Assembly (NCBI GenBank): GCA_965228895.1
Contig: OZ245842.1
Span: 512,001-576,000, forward strand
DNA from: Alphaproteobacteria bacterium
GTDB taxonomy: Bacteria; Pseudomonadota; Alphaproteobacteria; SP197
DNA length: 64,000 nt
Reading direction: 5' to 3'
Under the pieces are notes generated by a model. The model did no database searches, was not told the origin of the DNA, and was given only the letters and a program-made list of their open reading frames with translations. This document shows, one piece after another, positions 49,077 through 59,579 of this stretch. A program made the translations under genes and the position numbers. The first letter of the stretch is position 1; each line of letters starts with the position of its first letter.

Positions 49077-49727
49077 ATGGCGCAAAGGGTCGATGTCTAT
49101 TGGTCGCACAACTCCCCCTATTGTTATCTGGCACTCGATCGGATTCTGGCGCTAAGCCGGCAGCCGGACGTTGACGTGGTCTTGCGTCTGGTCCTGCCGG
49201 GTCTAATGCGCAACGCCGACCGCTTCGTCGATGCCGAGCCGGTCGAAGAAGCCTACTTTCTGCGCGACGCCGCGCGCACGGCGGCGTTTCTGGGTGTTCC
49301 GTTCGGCTGGCCGCAGCCATGGCCTGTGGCATTTCTGGATGGAAATCTGTACCGCGCGGCGCCCGACCAGCCGCGTGCCTGGCGTCTCTACAATCTCAAT
49401 GCCGCCGCCCGGGAACAGGGCAGGGGCTGGGGTTTCATCGAACATGTGAGTCCGTTGATCTGGAACGGCCTGACCGAGGACTGGAACAAGGATGAGAACC
49501 TGGTCCCAGCGGTCGAGCGCGCGGGCTTCGATTACGCCGAACTTTGCCGGCGGGCCGATGAAGGAGCGGCGCAGTTCAAGCGCGACTTCGCCAGAAACCA
49601 CGAGGACCTGCTTGTGGCCGGTCATTGGGGCGTCCCGGTCTTCGTCGTCGATGGTGAACCGTTCTATGGCCAGGACCGTTTCGATCAGCTCTTGTGGCGC
49701 TTGGATCAATCAGCCGCGAGGCAGTGA
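49077..49727 (+). CDS. 2-hydroxychromene-2-carboxylate isomerase/DsbA-like (kappa GST) family
   Basis: YWSHNSPYCYL, HWGVP, FYGQDRF. Confidence 0.85.
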   Translation: MAQRVDVYWSHNSPYCYLALDRILALSRQPDVDVVLRLVLPGLMRNADRFVDAEPVEEAYFLRDAARTAAFLGVPFGWPQPWPVAFLDGNLYRAAPDQPRAWRLYNLNAAAREQGRGWGFIEHVSPLIWNGLTEDWNKDENLVPAVERAGFDYAELCRRADEGAAQFKRDFARNHEDLLVAGHWGVPVFVVDGEPFYGQDRFDQLLWRLDQSAARQ

Positions 49728-49780
49728 TCGATTTGTCGTGAGACGTAGCGCGATCAGAATGCCGATGCGATAGGGTACAG

Positions 49781-49865
49781 CCTGTCAACAGGGAAATCGC
49801 GGCACAGACAAGCTCGCTCGAGACTGCCCGCACCACCACTTTCCACAATGCAGATTATGTGGGGG
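49781..49865. mobile_element. Element-end remnant with dif-like site (copy C)
   Basis: CCTGTCAACAGGGAA, GAGACTGCCCGCACCACCA, then ACTTTCCACAA-TGCAGA-TTATGTGGGGG (49838-49865). Overlaps the mrpG stop. Confidence 0.6.
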
Positions 49866-50217
49866 TTTTCTTGGGCTGTGTGTTGTTGCGTGCTCTGTTT
49901 GTGTCTGCCAGCTCATCAATCGCCATGCCTTTCCACAACGGTACGCCGGTGCGATACGCGGCGCGCGCGATCATGTGTGCGGCGACCGGAGCCGTCAGCA
50001 GAAGGAAGACGATGGCGGCGATGGCGCGGGCGACGATACCGGTCTCGCCAAAGTGGACGGCGACGGCGACGAGGATAAGGCCACAGCCCAGCGTTCCCGC
50101 CTTGGTCGAGGCATGCATGCGGATCAGGACATCCGGCAGGCGAAGCACGCCGAGCGCGGCTGCGAAAGCGAAGAGGCCTCCGGCGATGACCAGCACCGAC
50201 GTGATGATATCGATCAT
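49855..50217 (-). CDS. mrpG: Mrp Na+/H+ antiporter subunit G
   Basis: LRLPDVLIRMHASTKAGTLG, TAPVAAH. Confidence 0.93.
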   Translation of the reverse strand: MIDIITSVLVIAGGLFAFAAALGVLRLPDVLIRMHASTKAGTLGCGLILVAVAVHFGETGIVARAIAAIVFLLLTAPVAAHMIARAAYRTGVPLWKGMAIDELADTNRARNNTQPKKTPT

Positions 50218-50528
50218 GGCTGATCGCCAGCCTTGTCGAAAGGCATGTCGTCGCGCGCGCGTCGGCGTTCGGCGAACCGGGCGAAGGCGACCGTGGCGAG
50301 AAAAGCGATCAGGGCCAGCGCAATGGCGACGTCGAGATAGGCGGGCTCGCCTGACGCAATTGCAAAAAGCGCGCTGAAAGCGACCGCCAGGACAGTCACG
50401 AGGTCAAGTGCGACAACACGATCGGGCAGGCTTGGCCCCCGCGCCATACGCAGCACCGCAAGCACGATTGCCGCGATCAGAAGGGCAAAGGCGATGTCGG
50501 TCGCCGTGGTGAGAATGGGAGAGGTCAT
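50214..50528 (-). CDS. mrpF: Mrp antiporter subunit F
   Basis: RGPSLPDRVVALD, FLATVAFARF. Confidence 0.93.
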   Translation of the reverse strand: MTSPILTTATDIAFALLIAAIVLAVLRMARGPSLPDRVVALDLVTVLAVAFSALFAIASGEPAYLDVAIALALIAFLATVAFARFAERRRARDDMPFDKAGDQP

Positions 50529-50533
50529 GATCC

Positions 50534-51007
50534 TTACTCCAAAGCCGCGAGCACACGTTGCTCGATGCCTCGCTTGAGTTCGTCACGCAGGACCTGCGGG
50601 TCGTCGACGAACATGGCATGGACGTAGAGGGTCTTGCGGTCTTCCGAGATGTCCAGGCTCAGACTACCGGGCGTCAGAGATATCAGGTTGGCAATCATCA
50701 GGATTTCGCCGTCCCGTGTGGCGTCGAGCGGCAACGCGATGATGCCGGGCCGGCTCCTGTGGGTCGGCGTCAAGACGTCCCAAACCACGCGCAAACTGGA
50801 GACAAAGAGCTCATAGATGAACAGGAGCGCGAGACGGATGACCCGCCACACACGCTCGAAATAGCTGGTGTCACCAAACATGGGCTTGGCGGTCCAAAGC
50901 GCGAGGTAACCGACGACGTAACCGATGAGCAGATTGGACAGCGTAAAGCTCCCGGTCAGTGCGGCCCAGCCGAGTGCAAGCGCGGCGTTCAAGGCAAAGA
51001 GGTTCAT
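50534..51007 (-). CDS. mrpE: Mrp antiporter subunit E
   Basis: [17 protein letters not shown]. Confidence 0.93.
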   Translation of the reverse strand: MNLFALNAALALGWAALTGSFTLSNLLIGYVVGYLALWTAKPMFGDTSYFERVWRVIRLALLFIYELFVSSLRVVWDVLTPTHRSRPGIIALPLDATRDGEILMIANLISLTPGSLSLDISEDRKTLYVHAMFVDDPQVLRDELKRGIEQRVLAALE

Positions 51008-52506
51008 GGTGAGCCACCCAGGACGGCGTTGACGTAAGCATCGGGGTTAAGCAGTTGTGCCGCCGAGCGTTCGGCAAACGTGACGAACGGCTCAGGGAAA
51101 AAGCCGATGACCAGGGTCAAGGCGGCGAGCGTGGCGATCGGCGCCAGCAGCTTGATACGATCGCCGGCGTTGAGCATGGTCAGCTTCGGCGACGGGCCTT
51201 CTGGCTGGGGTTTCCAGAACGCCTCGGCCCAGATCTTGGTCATCGAATAGACGGTCAGCAGCCCGACAACCAGGGCAGCGGCTGCGACAACATAGGCGCC
51301 GATGTCGAGGCTCGCCTTGACCAACAGGAACTTGGCCCAGAAGCCTGAGAGCGGCGGAAAGCCGGCAAGCGACAGGGCGGGTATCAGGAACAGAACGGCA
51401 AGCAGGGGGCTTGATTTATAGAGACCGCCCATGTTGTCGAGGTCGAAGCCGTGCGTCAGCCGCTTCGCGACGCCGCTGACCAGAAACAGGTTGGCTTTCA
51501 CGATGATGTGGTGGACCAGGTAGAAGACCGCACCGATCAGGGCGAGCGGCGTAAAGAGCGCCAAACCGAGCACCATGTAGCCGATCTGACTGACGATGTG
51601 GAACGACAGGATCTTGCGGAACTCGTTCTGGGCGGCCGCACCGAGCACGCCGGTGATCATGGTCAAGACGGCGACGACCAACAACAGATCGTGCGTGTAG
51701 TCGGTGTCTGTTGTGAACACCAGGGTAAACATGCGGATCAGGGCGTAGACGCCAACCTTGGTCAAGAGACCGGCAAAGATCGCCGAAACCGCCACCGGCG
51801 GCGTGTGATAGGACGCCGGCAGCCAGAAAAAGAGCGGGAACACCGCGGCCTTGATGCCGAACGCGACAAGGAACAAGACGGCAATGACAGTGACCAGTGC
51901 CTGGTTCTCGACGTCCCCGATGGCGCGGTGCAGATCCGCCATGTTGAGCGTGCCGGTGATGCCGTAGAGCAACCCGATGCCGGTGAGGAACATGGCGGTC
52001 GACACCAGATTGAGGACGACGTACTTGATACCGCCATCAAGCTGCGCCTTGCTGCCGCCCAAAACCAGCAGACCAAACGAGGCGATCAGCATGACCTCGA
52101 ACCAGACATAGAGGTTGAACAGGTCGCCGGTGACAAAGGCGCCGCAGACGCCGGCCAGCAGGACCTGGAACAGCGCGTGGTAACCCAAGGCCTCACGCCG
52201 GGTGTCAATGTCCGCCAGCGCATAGACCGCGACGGCCAACCCGGTGATCGCGGTGATCAGCACCATGACCGCGCTCAAGAGATCGGCGACTAGGGTGATG
52301 CCGAACGGCGCGGGCCAATTGCCCATTTGCGCGGCAATGACGCCGTCTTGCCAGACTGCGATGAACAGCGCGATCGCCACGGCCAGCAGAGCCAGGCAGC
52401 CGCCAATGCTGAGCCAGCGTCCGGCCGCGCCGCGATTGCGGAACAAGAAGACGAGCACGGCGGTCACCAGCGGCAGCATGACGGGCAGCGCGAGAAGCCA
52501 ACTCAT
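51004..52506 (-). CDS. mrpD: Mrp antiporter subunit D
   Basis: [40 protein letters not shown]. Confidence 0.94.
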   Translation of the reverse strand: MSWLLALPVMLPLVTAVLVFLFRNRGAAGRWLSIGGCLALLAVAIALFIAVWQDGVIAAQMGNWPAPFGITLVADLLSAVMVLITAITGLAVAVYALADIDTRREALGYHALFQVLLAGVCGAFVTGDLFNLYVWFEVMLIASFGLLVLGGSKAQLDGGIKYVVLNLVSTAMFLTGIGLLYGITGTLNMADLHRAIGDVENQALVTVIAVLFLVAFGIKAAVFPLFFWLPASYHTPPVAVSAIFAGLLTKVGVYALIRMFTLVFTTDTDYTHDLLLVVAVLTMITGVLGAAAQNEFRKILSFHIVSQIGYMVLGLALFTPLALIGAVFYLVHHIIVKANLFLVSGVAKRLTHGFDLDNMGGLYKSSPLLAVLFLIPALSLAGFPPLSGFWAKFLLVKASLDIGAYVVAAAALVVGLLTVYSMTKIWAEAFWKPQPEGPSPKLTMLNAGDRIKLLAPIATLAALTLVIGFFPEPFVTFAERSAAQLLNPDAYVNAVLGGSP

Positions 52507-52877
52507 GGGTTCTTGTCCTGCCGATCCGTTTCTGGTTCGGCCACCCGCATACGATCGCCGTCGAGCGTACCGAGCGCACTATAGCTGCGATAGACCAGCA
52601 CAAGCGCGAAGGCGAACAGGCCAAAGCCGATGACGATCGCGGTCAAGACCAAGGCTTGGGGTAGCGCGTTGGCGACCATCTCAGGCGGCGCCGAGAGACC
52701 TTCCGCGATCAGGGGCGGCACCGCGGGCGTCAGGCGTCCGGCGGCAAAGATCGTCAGGTTGGCGGCGTTGCTCAGCAAGACCAGCCCAAACAAAAACCGC
52801 AACACGTTGCGGGCGAGCATCAGATAGACGCTTGCCGCCACCAGAATCCCGACCAGGAGCGCCAGAATCGCTTCCAT
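52503..52877 (-). CDS. mrpC: Mrp antiporter subunit C
   Basis: [14 protein letters not shown]. Confidence 0.94.
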   Translation of the reverse strand: MEAILALLVGILVAASVYLMLARNVLRFLFGLVLLSNAANLTIFAAGRLTPAVPPLIAEGLSAPPEMVANALPQALVLTAIVIGFGLFAFALVLVYRSYSALGTLDGDRMRVAEPETDRQDKNP

Positions 52878-52879
52878 GG

Positions 52880-53302
52880 TCAGGCTTCCTCCTCAAGCGC
52901 CAGGACCAGGGTCAGCACGGCGCCGATGACGGCCAGGTAGACGCCGATGTCGAACAGCAAGACCGTGCTGAGCGCCAGACCTTTGGCGCCGTCGCTGCTG
53001 TTACCGAAAATCCACCACTGTCCGGTGAACAGCGGTTCGCCGGTCAGTGCGGGCACCATCCCAGCGACGATAGAGAGGCCAAGGCCGACCATGGCGATGA
53101 CGCGCGGGTCGGCGCGCAGCGCACGGCGTGCCGAACCGGCGCCGTGCGCAATGCCATAGAGAATGAAGCCGATCGACGCGATCAGACCGCCAATGAAGCC
53201 GCCGCCCGGATCGTTGTGGCCGCGCAACAGCATGTAGACCGAGAAAAGCAGCATCAGCGCAACGAGAAGCCGCGTTGCCGTGTTCAAGATCAGCGAATTC
53301 AT
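52880..53302 (-). CDS. mrpB: Mrp antiporter subunit B
   Basis: [20 protein letters not shown]. Confidence 0.94.
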   Translation of the reverse strand: MNSLILNTATRLLVALMLLFSVYMLLRGHNDPGGGFIGGLIASIGFILYGIAHGAGSARRALRADPRVIAMVGLGLSIVAGMVPALTGEPLFTGQWWIFGNSSDGAKGLALSTVLLFDIGVYLAVIGAVLTLVLALEEEA

Positions 53303-55611
53303 CGCGTACCTCTTGCTCTGACGCCGCGCAGCACGGCAAAGGCGCCAAGGGCCGCGACCGCGACAACCACAATTTCACCGAACGTATCGAGTGCGCGGAA
53401 ATCGACGAGGATCACGTTGACGATGTTGCGGCCATAGGCGTCAGGCACGCTGGCAGCCTCGTAATAGGCGGTTACCGACAGGTCGAGGGGACCTTCGGAG
53501 ACGGCAAGCAAGGTCAGCGCGACAACGGCGCCGACCGTGAGCGCCAGAGCACCATCTTTCCAGCGGCAGCGCTTCAAGACGTCGCGCTCGAGCAGAGGCA
53601 GTCGCAGCATGGCAACGGCGACCAAGACGACGACCAGCGTCTCGACCAAGAGCTGTGTCATCGCCACGTCCGGCGCACCGAACATGACGAAGAAGAGAGC
53701 AACGCCGATCCCGACAATACCGAGTGCGCAGATGGCCGTGAGGCGCGACCGGGCGAACGCTGCCATGATGGCGCCGGTCGCGATCAGAACGACGACAGCG
53801 CCGTGCTTGAACAAGATATCCGGCCACGCGGCTGGCCAGCGCACGGCGCCAGTCGCGACAAGCGTAAGGCCAACAGCCAGCGCGAAGCTGGCGAAGATTA
53901 CGAACAGATAGTGCCTGAGGACACCGTGCTGCAGGAACCGTGTCTGTGTCTTGGCGACCAGCTTGAGACCGTCGAGACAGGCGTCCCACGCTCTATCTGC
54001 GGTGACCGGCAAGGCTGTTTCGAGACGGATCAAGAAGGCGCGTAACGTTTGGTGGAAGACATAGATCAGGACGCCGACGGCAAATGTCAGCACGCTTAAG
54101 AGAAGCGGCAGGTTGATGCCGTGCCACAGCTTCAGATTGATGGTTTCCGGCCGGCCGAGAACGGCGGTAACGGCCGGCTGCACCAGGCTTTCGGCAATCA
54201 GCGCCGGCGCCAGGCCGAAGGTGAGGCCAAGAACGGCCAGAAGCAGCGGTCCGATCCACATCCTGAAGGGCGGGTCATGTGGTGTTCCGGCTGTCGGCAT
54301 CGTGGCGCCAAAGAATGGCCTGAGTGCGATGACACCGGCCATGGCGACCATGAGCATGTTCGCGGCGATGGCGGCGGAGGTGACGAAGGCCGGCTCGGCG
54401 GCGATGGCAAGCGCACCTTCGTACTTCAGCTCCTTGCCGATGAAACCCAGAAACGGCGGGAATCCGGCCATGGATAGCGCGGCGGCCACGGCGGCCAGGG
54501 CCGTGATCGGCATCAGTGAGGCCAGGCCGCGCAGCCGATCGGTCTCGCGCGTGCCGGTCTGATGATCGATGACGCCGACTACGAGGAACAGCGAGGCTTT
54601 ATAGAGTGAATGGACGATCAGAAACGTCATGGCGGCGGCGACGGCGACGGTCGCATCGGCGCCCAGAAACATGGTGAGGGTGCCAAGCGCCATGACCGTG
54701 GTGTAGGCGAGTGCCAGCTTCAGATCGGTCTGACGCAAGGCAATGACCGATGCAATCACGGCGGTCAGGGCGCCGACAATGGTCAATGTCCACATCCAGG
54801 CGTCCGTGCCGCTCATCGCCGGATGCATACGTGCCAAGAGGTAGATGCCCGCCTTGACCATGGTTGCGGAGTGCAGATAGGCGCTGACCGGTGTCGGCGC
54901 GGCCATGGCGTTGGGCAGCCAGAAGTGGAAGGGAAACTGTGCCGACTTGGTGAAGGCGGCCGCGAGGATCAGAACGAGGATCGGCAGATAGAGATCATGG
55001 GCGCGAATCACGTCGCCCATGGTCAGGATCTCGGAGAGCTCATAACTCCCCGCGACATTGCCCAACAAGATGAAACCGGCCAGCAGCGCCAGGCCGCCGG
55101 CACCGGTCAGAAGCAAGGCCTGCAGGGCCGCGCGCCGCGCCTTGGCCGAGGCATGGTCGAAACCGATCAGAAGGTACGAGGTGACCGTTGTGAGTTCCCA
55201 GAACACAAACAGCGTGATCAGGTTGTCGGCAAGCACCAGACCGAGCATCGCGACCATGAACATCAGAAGAAAAAGAACGAACCGGCCGAATTGGGCGTGG
55301 CCGGCCATGGAGGCGCCGGCATAGAGCGCGACAAGTGTTCCGATGCCGCTGATCAGAAGCGCAAATGTCAGGCTAAGGCCATCAATCAGAAAGGACGCGC
55401 TAACGCCTAGGCTGGGTACCCAGTCGTGAGCAACCCGGATCGTGCTGCCATCTGCGATCGCGGGTAGGCATGCCGCAAACACGGCCGTCAGCAAGGCAGG
55501 CGGAACCGCACAGAGCCAGCCGAGCGCGGCGCCCTTTGGCGCCGTTCGCGGCGGGCAGGCCTCTTCGTGCCGGTCGATATGCGGACCGCTGCTGGTCATG
55601 CCTGTTGGCAA
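53299..55611 (-). CDS. mrpA: Mrp antiporter subunit A (group 1, separate from B)
   Basis: [58 protein letters not shown]. Confidence 0.94.
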   Translation of the reverse strand: MPTGMTSSGPHIDRHEEACPPRTAPKGAALGWLCAVPPALLTAVFAACLPAIADGSTIRVAHDWVPSLGVSASFLIDGLSLTFALLISGIGTLVALYAGASMAGHAQFGRFVLFLLMFMVAMLGLVLADNLITLFVFWELTTVTSYLLIGFDHASAKARRAALQALLLTGAGGLALLAGFILLGNVAGSYELSEILTMGDVIRAHDLYLPILVLILAAAFTKSAQFPFHFWLPNAMAAPTPVSAYLHSATMVKAGIYLLARMHPAMSGTDAWMWTLTIVGALTAVIASVIALRQTDLKLALAYTTVMALGTLTMFLGADATVAVAAAMTFLIVHSLYKASLFLVVGVIDHQTGTRETDRLRGLASLMPITALAAVAAALSMAGFPPFLGFIGKELKYEGALAIAAEPAFVTSAAIAANMLMVAMAGVIALRPFFGATMPTAGTPHDPPFRMWIGPLLLAVLGLTFGLAPALIAESLVQPAVTAVLGRPETINLKLWHGINLPLLLSVLTFAVGVLIYVFHQTLRAFLIRLETALPVTADRAWDACLDGLKLVAKTQTRFLQHGVLRHYLFVIFASFALAVGLTLVATGAVRWPAAWPDILFKHGAVVVLIATGAIMAAFARSRLTAICALGIVGIGVALFFVMFGAPDVAMTQLLVETLVVVLVAVAMLRLPLLERDVLKRCRWKDGALALTVGAVVALTLLAVSEGPLDLSVTAYYEAASVPDAYGRNIVNVILVDFRALDTFGEIVVVAVAALGAFAVLRGVRARGTR

Positions 55612-55833
55612 TCCTGTTGGCGTTGATGAGAGGGCGACGGCGGTGAAGCAATGACATGATATCAGTCACGGCGTGGGCGGGCGAGAGCGTGCTCGGTTGC
55701 GAACACCGGACACCTTGCCGAAGCGCGGCGCCCCCGCTGAAACGCGGAGGACGCCGCACCCCGCGACACTCGGCCATGTACCGGAGGGAATACACGGTCT
55801 CCCGTCAGGGCTGGATCGGTGTCGAATGGACGG

Positions 55834-56052
55834 TCACGCGTTGAGATGCCGGGCTTGTGCGGGCGGGTTGACCAGTATGGCGCCCATCAGTCTTTCCCAA
55901 GCGTCCATCTCGTCCTTGATCGCCAGCTTTTCGCGTTTGAGTTGCTGTAGGACCAAGGCATCGGGCAGGGGCCGGTTCTGCTCGGCAGTGATTCGACTCT
56001 CGATGGCGCCATGGCGTTCTTTCAAGACACTGTAGCGGGTGTTGGTGGACAT
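55834..56052 (-). CDS. DUF465/YdcH-family small coiled-coil protein
   Basis: RHGAIESRI..RPLPD..LKREKLAIKDEM; RBS-like AGGAAA. Confidence 0.8.
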   Translation of the reverse strand: MSTNTRYSVLKERHGAIESRITAEQNRPLPDALVLQQLKREKLAIKDEMDAWERLMGAILVNPPAQARHLNA

Positions 56053-56369
56053 TGCCGTTTTCCTATCTCCTGTGATGCGGATCAGCCGCGCACCGCTAGG
56101 TGGCGGTCACAAGCCGGTGCTTGTCGTTGCTGGTCGTCAGTTCGGTGAGGCGGTCGAAGAGCGGTCCGCTGTCGTTGCCCGTTGCGCTGTTGACCGCCGC
56201 CGTCGTGGGCTCGTCCAAGACCTCTGTCGCCTCGCTAATGCCGTCGTGTTCGAGGCTTCGCCAAACGACGCCAGTGTCTCACTCCGCCGCAACCGGCACC
56301 CGATCAACATCGCTGACATGGAGATGCGGTGCCACACATGATTGTTCCAATCATGATTTTGATGACGTT

Positions 56370-56388
56370 TGATAGGAAAGCCCTATCA
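56370..56388. promoter_or_regulatory. OxyR-type LysR operator ATAG-N7-CTAT upstream of DUF465-mrp
   Basis: TGATAGG-AAAGC-CCTATCA with perfect 7-bp arms. Confidence 0.65.
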
Positions 56389-56519
56389 TCAAATCATTGG
56401 GGGCTCCGAGACCAACTGCCGGGAACGCCGGCGGGCGCTGTACTATCCAGGTCGACAGTTTTCCTGAAAGGCCCGTGCGCCATAGGCGAAATGGCGGCCG
56501 GCCGACAGTCTTCGGCCTG

Positions 56520-57521
56520 TCACGATGCGGTGGAGGCCTGGTCACTGTAGGCGGATGTCGCCGCGTCAAGCTGGACAGGTGAAACGAAACCCGGCGGTTT
56601 CACGGCGAGAACCGAGCACGCGACCTGGTTCAGGATGGTTTCGGCGGTGTTGCCGATGATCAGACCCTGGATGCCGGTTCGCGCCACCGTTCCCATGACA
56701 ATCAACTCAACACGCTTGCGCTCGGCAAACTCCGGGACGGCCTTGCGCGCGATGCCCTTGCTCAAATGCACCTGGCGCCGCCCGTCGCTGTCGGGGAACC
56801 GCTGCAGCAACTGGTCGAGCTCGACGGCGCTTCGCCGACGTTTTTCCTCAACCAGCATATCCACCTCTTCCGACGCGACGCGCGCGAATCCGCTGTTACG
56901 CAGCATGTCCTCGCCGTCCAGGTTCCAGACATGGATGACATGCAGCTCACTCTCATCGGCCCGCGACAGTGATGTCGCCAGTTCCATGATCGTTGTGTTG
57001 AGTGCGCTCCGCTGCTCGTCCTCTGGATCGGGATCGACGGCGGCAAGAATGCGGGCGTAATGGTGACGATCATTGCGGCGCATGAGCCACACCGGGCAGG
57101 GACATTTTCGCAGCAGATGCAGGTCGGTGCTTGCGAAGAAGAGCGAACCTGCTTCCCATTCTCCCGCGGCACCCTTGATCACGAGGTCATGGCCGTCGCG
57201 CAGAACCTTGCTGATGACTTCGACGAACGGGATCCCCTGCACGACAAACTCGGACGTCGCCACGCCGGCTTCGTTGATCGTTTCTGCGATGCGCCCAACG
57301 TGGGCATGATGAAACTCCTGCACTTCGTGCTCGACGTCGTGCTCGCGCATACCGCGCACGGCGCGGAACAGTTTGCCGAGTTCGCCGGGAGCGGTTTCGA
57401 TCACGTCGATCAAGGTGAGGTGGGCATCGTTGGACTTGGCCAACGTTATGGCGCGTGCAACGGCCGTCTTGTTGATGCTGCGGATATCGCACACCAACAG
57501 AATGTTCCGGAACCTCTTCAT
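56520..57521 (-). CDS. Tandem-domain universal stress protein (UspE-like)
   Basis: DLHLLRKCPCPVW, ILAAVDP, IVMGTVARTGIQGLIIGNTAE. Confidence 0.92.
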   Translation of the reverse strand: MKRFRNILLVCDIRSINKTAVARAITLAKSNDAHLTLIDVIETAPGELGKLFRAVRGMREHDVEHEVQEFHHAHVGRIAETINEAGVATSEFVVQGIPFVEVISKVLRDGHDLVIKGAAGEWEAGSLFFASTDLHLLRKCPCPVWLMRRNDRHHYARILAAVDPDPEDEQRSALNTTIMELATSLSRADESELHVIHVWNLDGEDMLRNSGFARVASEEVDMLVEEKRRRSAVELDQLLQRFPDSDGRRQVHLSKGIARKAVPEFAERKRVELIVMGTVARTGIQGLIIGNTAETILNQVACSVLAVKPPGFVSPVQLDAATSAYSDQASTAS

Positions 57522-57621
57522 GCCTCAGCCCCACACGTGCGTGATCGTTTTTGGGTAGGCCTGGCGGTGGCCAGATTGCGCCGCCGCCGGCGTTCTGATG
57601 TGAGATGGGCTTGAAAAGCTC

Positions 57622-57669
57622 ATTGCTCCAATCGAAGTTAATGGGGATTTCGATAGTTTCCGCCATTCA
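57622..57669. promoter_or_regulatory. Degenerate OxyR-type operator in usp/LysR divergent promoter
   Basis: CGATAGT-TTCCG-CCATTCA, preceded by ATTGCTCCAATC at the same 30-bp offset as ATTGTTCCAATC at 56341. Confidence 0.5.
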
Positions 57670-57672
57670 ACG

Positions 57673-58620
57673 ATGTCAGACACATCAGGAGTAACCGCCT
57701 TGCCAACCTTGCAGCAGCTTCGCTATCTGGTCGCCGTTGCCGACACGCTCCATTTTCGCCGCGCCGCGGAAATGACACACGTCACGCAACCGACATTGAG
57801 CGGTCAGCTTCGCGAGCTCGAGAACAAGCTTGGCGTTCAGTTGGTGGAGCGCAGCCGCGCGAAGGTCATCCTGACTCCGGTCGGCGCGGAGATTGCGGCG
57901 CGTGGTCGAACCGTCCTGCGTGACGTGCAGGATATCGTCGAATTGGCCACACACGGCCATAGCCTGCTCGACGGGACCATTCGCGTCGGCGTTCTGCAGT
58001 CGCTAGGCCCTTACTTTCTGCCGCATATCGTGCCGGATCTTCATCAAAGTTATCCCGACCTGAAGCTCTACGTTCGCGAAGGTATGCCGCAAGCGCTGCT
58101 GAGCGGCATCGATGACGGCAGCTTCGATCTGCTGTTCTTCCCGTTGCCGGTCAAGGGCGCTGACCTCCACACGACGCGGCTGTTTCGTGAGCCCTTGTGG
58201 ATCGTGATGCCGCGGGATCATCACTTGGCGAGCAAAAAGACCATCGATCGATCGGATCTGAAAGACCAAACCGTCCTGACGCTGGAGCGTGGCCATCGTC
58301 TGCACGACCAGGTACAGGAACTTTGCGAGCAGTACCGTGCCAACGTGTCGATGGATTATGAGGGCACCAGTCTGGACACGCTGCGCCAAATGGTCGGCAT
58401 GGGCATGGGGTTGTCGTTTTTACCGGCACTCTACGTCCGGTCGGAGGTTTTGCAGGACGATCAGGTCGTCGTGCGCCAACTGCGCAGCCGCTCGCCGTCG
58501 CGCATGGTCGGCATGGTGTGGCGCCGGCACTCGGCGCGCCAGGATGAGTTCGTTACGCTTGCCGGTTTCGTTCGCGGCGTCATGAAGAGCCGTGTTCCCG
58601 ACCTGACGATCGTTTCGTAG
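57673..58620 (+). CDS. OxyR-like LysR regulator lacking the peroxidatic cysteine
   Basis: QLRYLVAVA..HFRRAAE..VTQPTLS, GTSLDTLRQMV. LERGHRLHDQ where OxyR has LEDGHCLRDQ. Confidence 0.85.
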   Translation: MSDTSGVTALPTLQQLRYLVAVADTLHFRRAAEMTHVTQPTLSGQLRELENKLGVQLVERSRAKVILTPVGAEIAARGRTVLRDVQDIVELATHGHSLLDGTIRVGVLQSLGPYFLPHIVPDLHQSYPDLKLYVREGMPQALLSGIDDGSFDLLFFPLPVKGADLHTTRLFREPLWIVMPRDHHLASKKTIDRSDLKDQTVLTLERGHRLHDQVQELCEQYRANVSMDYEGTSLDTLRQMVGMGMGLSFLPALYVRSEVLQDDQVVVRQLRSRSPSRMVGMVWRRHSARQDEFVTLAGFVRGVMKSRVPDLTIVS

Positions 58621-58667
58621 CGTTGCGTCGGCCAAGTGTCGCGGCGCATGATCGGCGCGGCACAACC

Positions 58668-58709
58668 TGATAGGAAGATCCTATCATCGTCGGCATTGCA
58701 CCCATCAAT
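58668..58709 (+). promoter_or_regulatory. OxyR-type operator upstream of atpB
   Basis: TGATAGG-AAGAT-CCTATCA, followed by ATTG-N7-CAAT (58695-58709). Confidence 0.65.
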
Positions 58710-58772
58710 GCCCACCAACATCTCCTGACGCGAAACATAGCCCACCTTTGCGCATCGGACAGGAGAAGAGGT

Positions 58773-59540
58773 ATGGCTTCCGGCGAGCAGGAAGCGCCAT
58801 ACGCCATAACGCAGTTCGAGATCGACTACCTCGTGCCGATCAATCTGTTCGGCATCGACATGTCGTTCACGACGTCGGCGCAGGCGATGGTGACGACGAC
58901 CCTCCTGGTCAGCGTTTACCTGATCTATGGCATCCGCCAGCGCTCGCTTGTGCCTGGCCGTCTGCAGTCAAGCGTCGAGGCGGTTTATACGTTTGTCGCG
59001 AACACGGTCACGAAAACCGCCGGGCCGCAGGCTGAATCAGCAATACCCTTCGTCTTTTCCCTGTTCGTGTTCATCCTGTTCGGCAGTCTGTTCGGCCTGA
59101 CGCCGGTCAAGTTCACCTTCACGAGCCACCTGGTTGTCACCCTTGCACTGGCGCTTGTCGTCTTTGCCTATGTCAACACGCTTGCGGTGCGCACGCAGGG
59201 TGCCGGTGTCTTTCGTATGTTCTTGCCGGCCGGTACGCCGCTCTACATGGCGCCGCTGATCGTTGTGATCGAGGTGATCTCCTATCTGTTCCGGCCGATC
59301 ACGTTGGGTGTCCGCATCTTTGCCAACATCCTGGCCGGCCATATCATGATCAAACTCTTCGCCGACTTCAGCGTCATGCTGACGGAAGGTTTGGGACTTG
59401 CCGGTATGGCCCTTGCGCTGCTGCCGGTTGCGATGATGGCCGTGCTTTACGGCTTCGAGGTCATGATCTTCCTGGTCCAGGCCTACATCTTCATCCTCAT
59501 TACCTCACTCTACATTCGCGATGCGTTGCATGCGCACTAG
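58773..59540 (+). CDS. atpB: F0 ATP synthase subunit a (orphan copy)
   Basis: VPGRLQS, IEVISYLFRPITLGVRIFANILAGH (essential Arg), QAYIF. Confidence 0.92.
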   Translation: MASGEQEAPYAITQFEIDYLVPINLFGIDMSFTTSAQAMVTTTLLVSVYLIYGIRQRSLVPGRLQSSVEAVYTFVANTVTKTAGPQAESAIPFVFSLFVFILFGSLFGLTPVKFTFTSHLVVTLALALVVFAYVNTLAVRTQGAGVFRMFLPAGTPLYMAPLIVVIEVISYLFRPITLGVRIFANILAGHIMIKLFADFSVMLTEGLGLAGMALALLPVAMMAVLYGFEVMIFLVQAYIFILITSLYIRDALHAH

Positions 59541-59579
59541 CGCATAGCGACGCCAACACCACGGAAAGGACGTTACGAC

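Noticed and set aside
11400-49865. CRISPR array or integron attC sites from the dispersed repeats
   Set aside because: Repeats are kilobases apart, with no spacers, cas genes, integrase or attC boxes.
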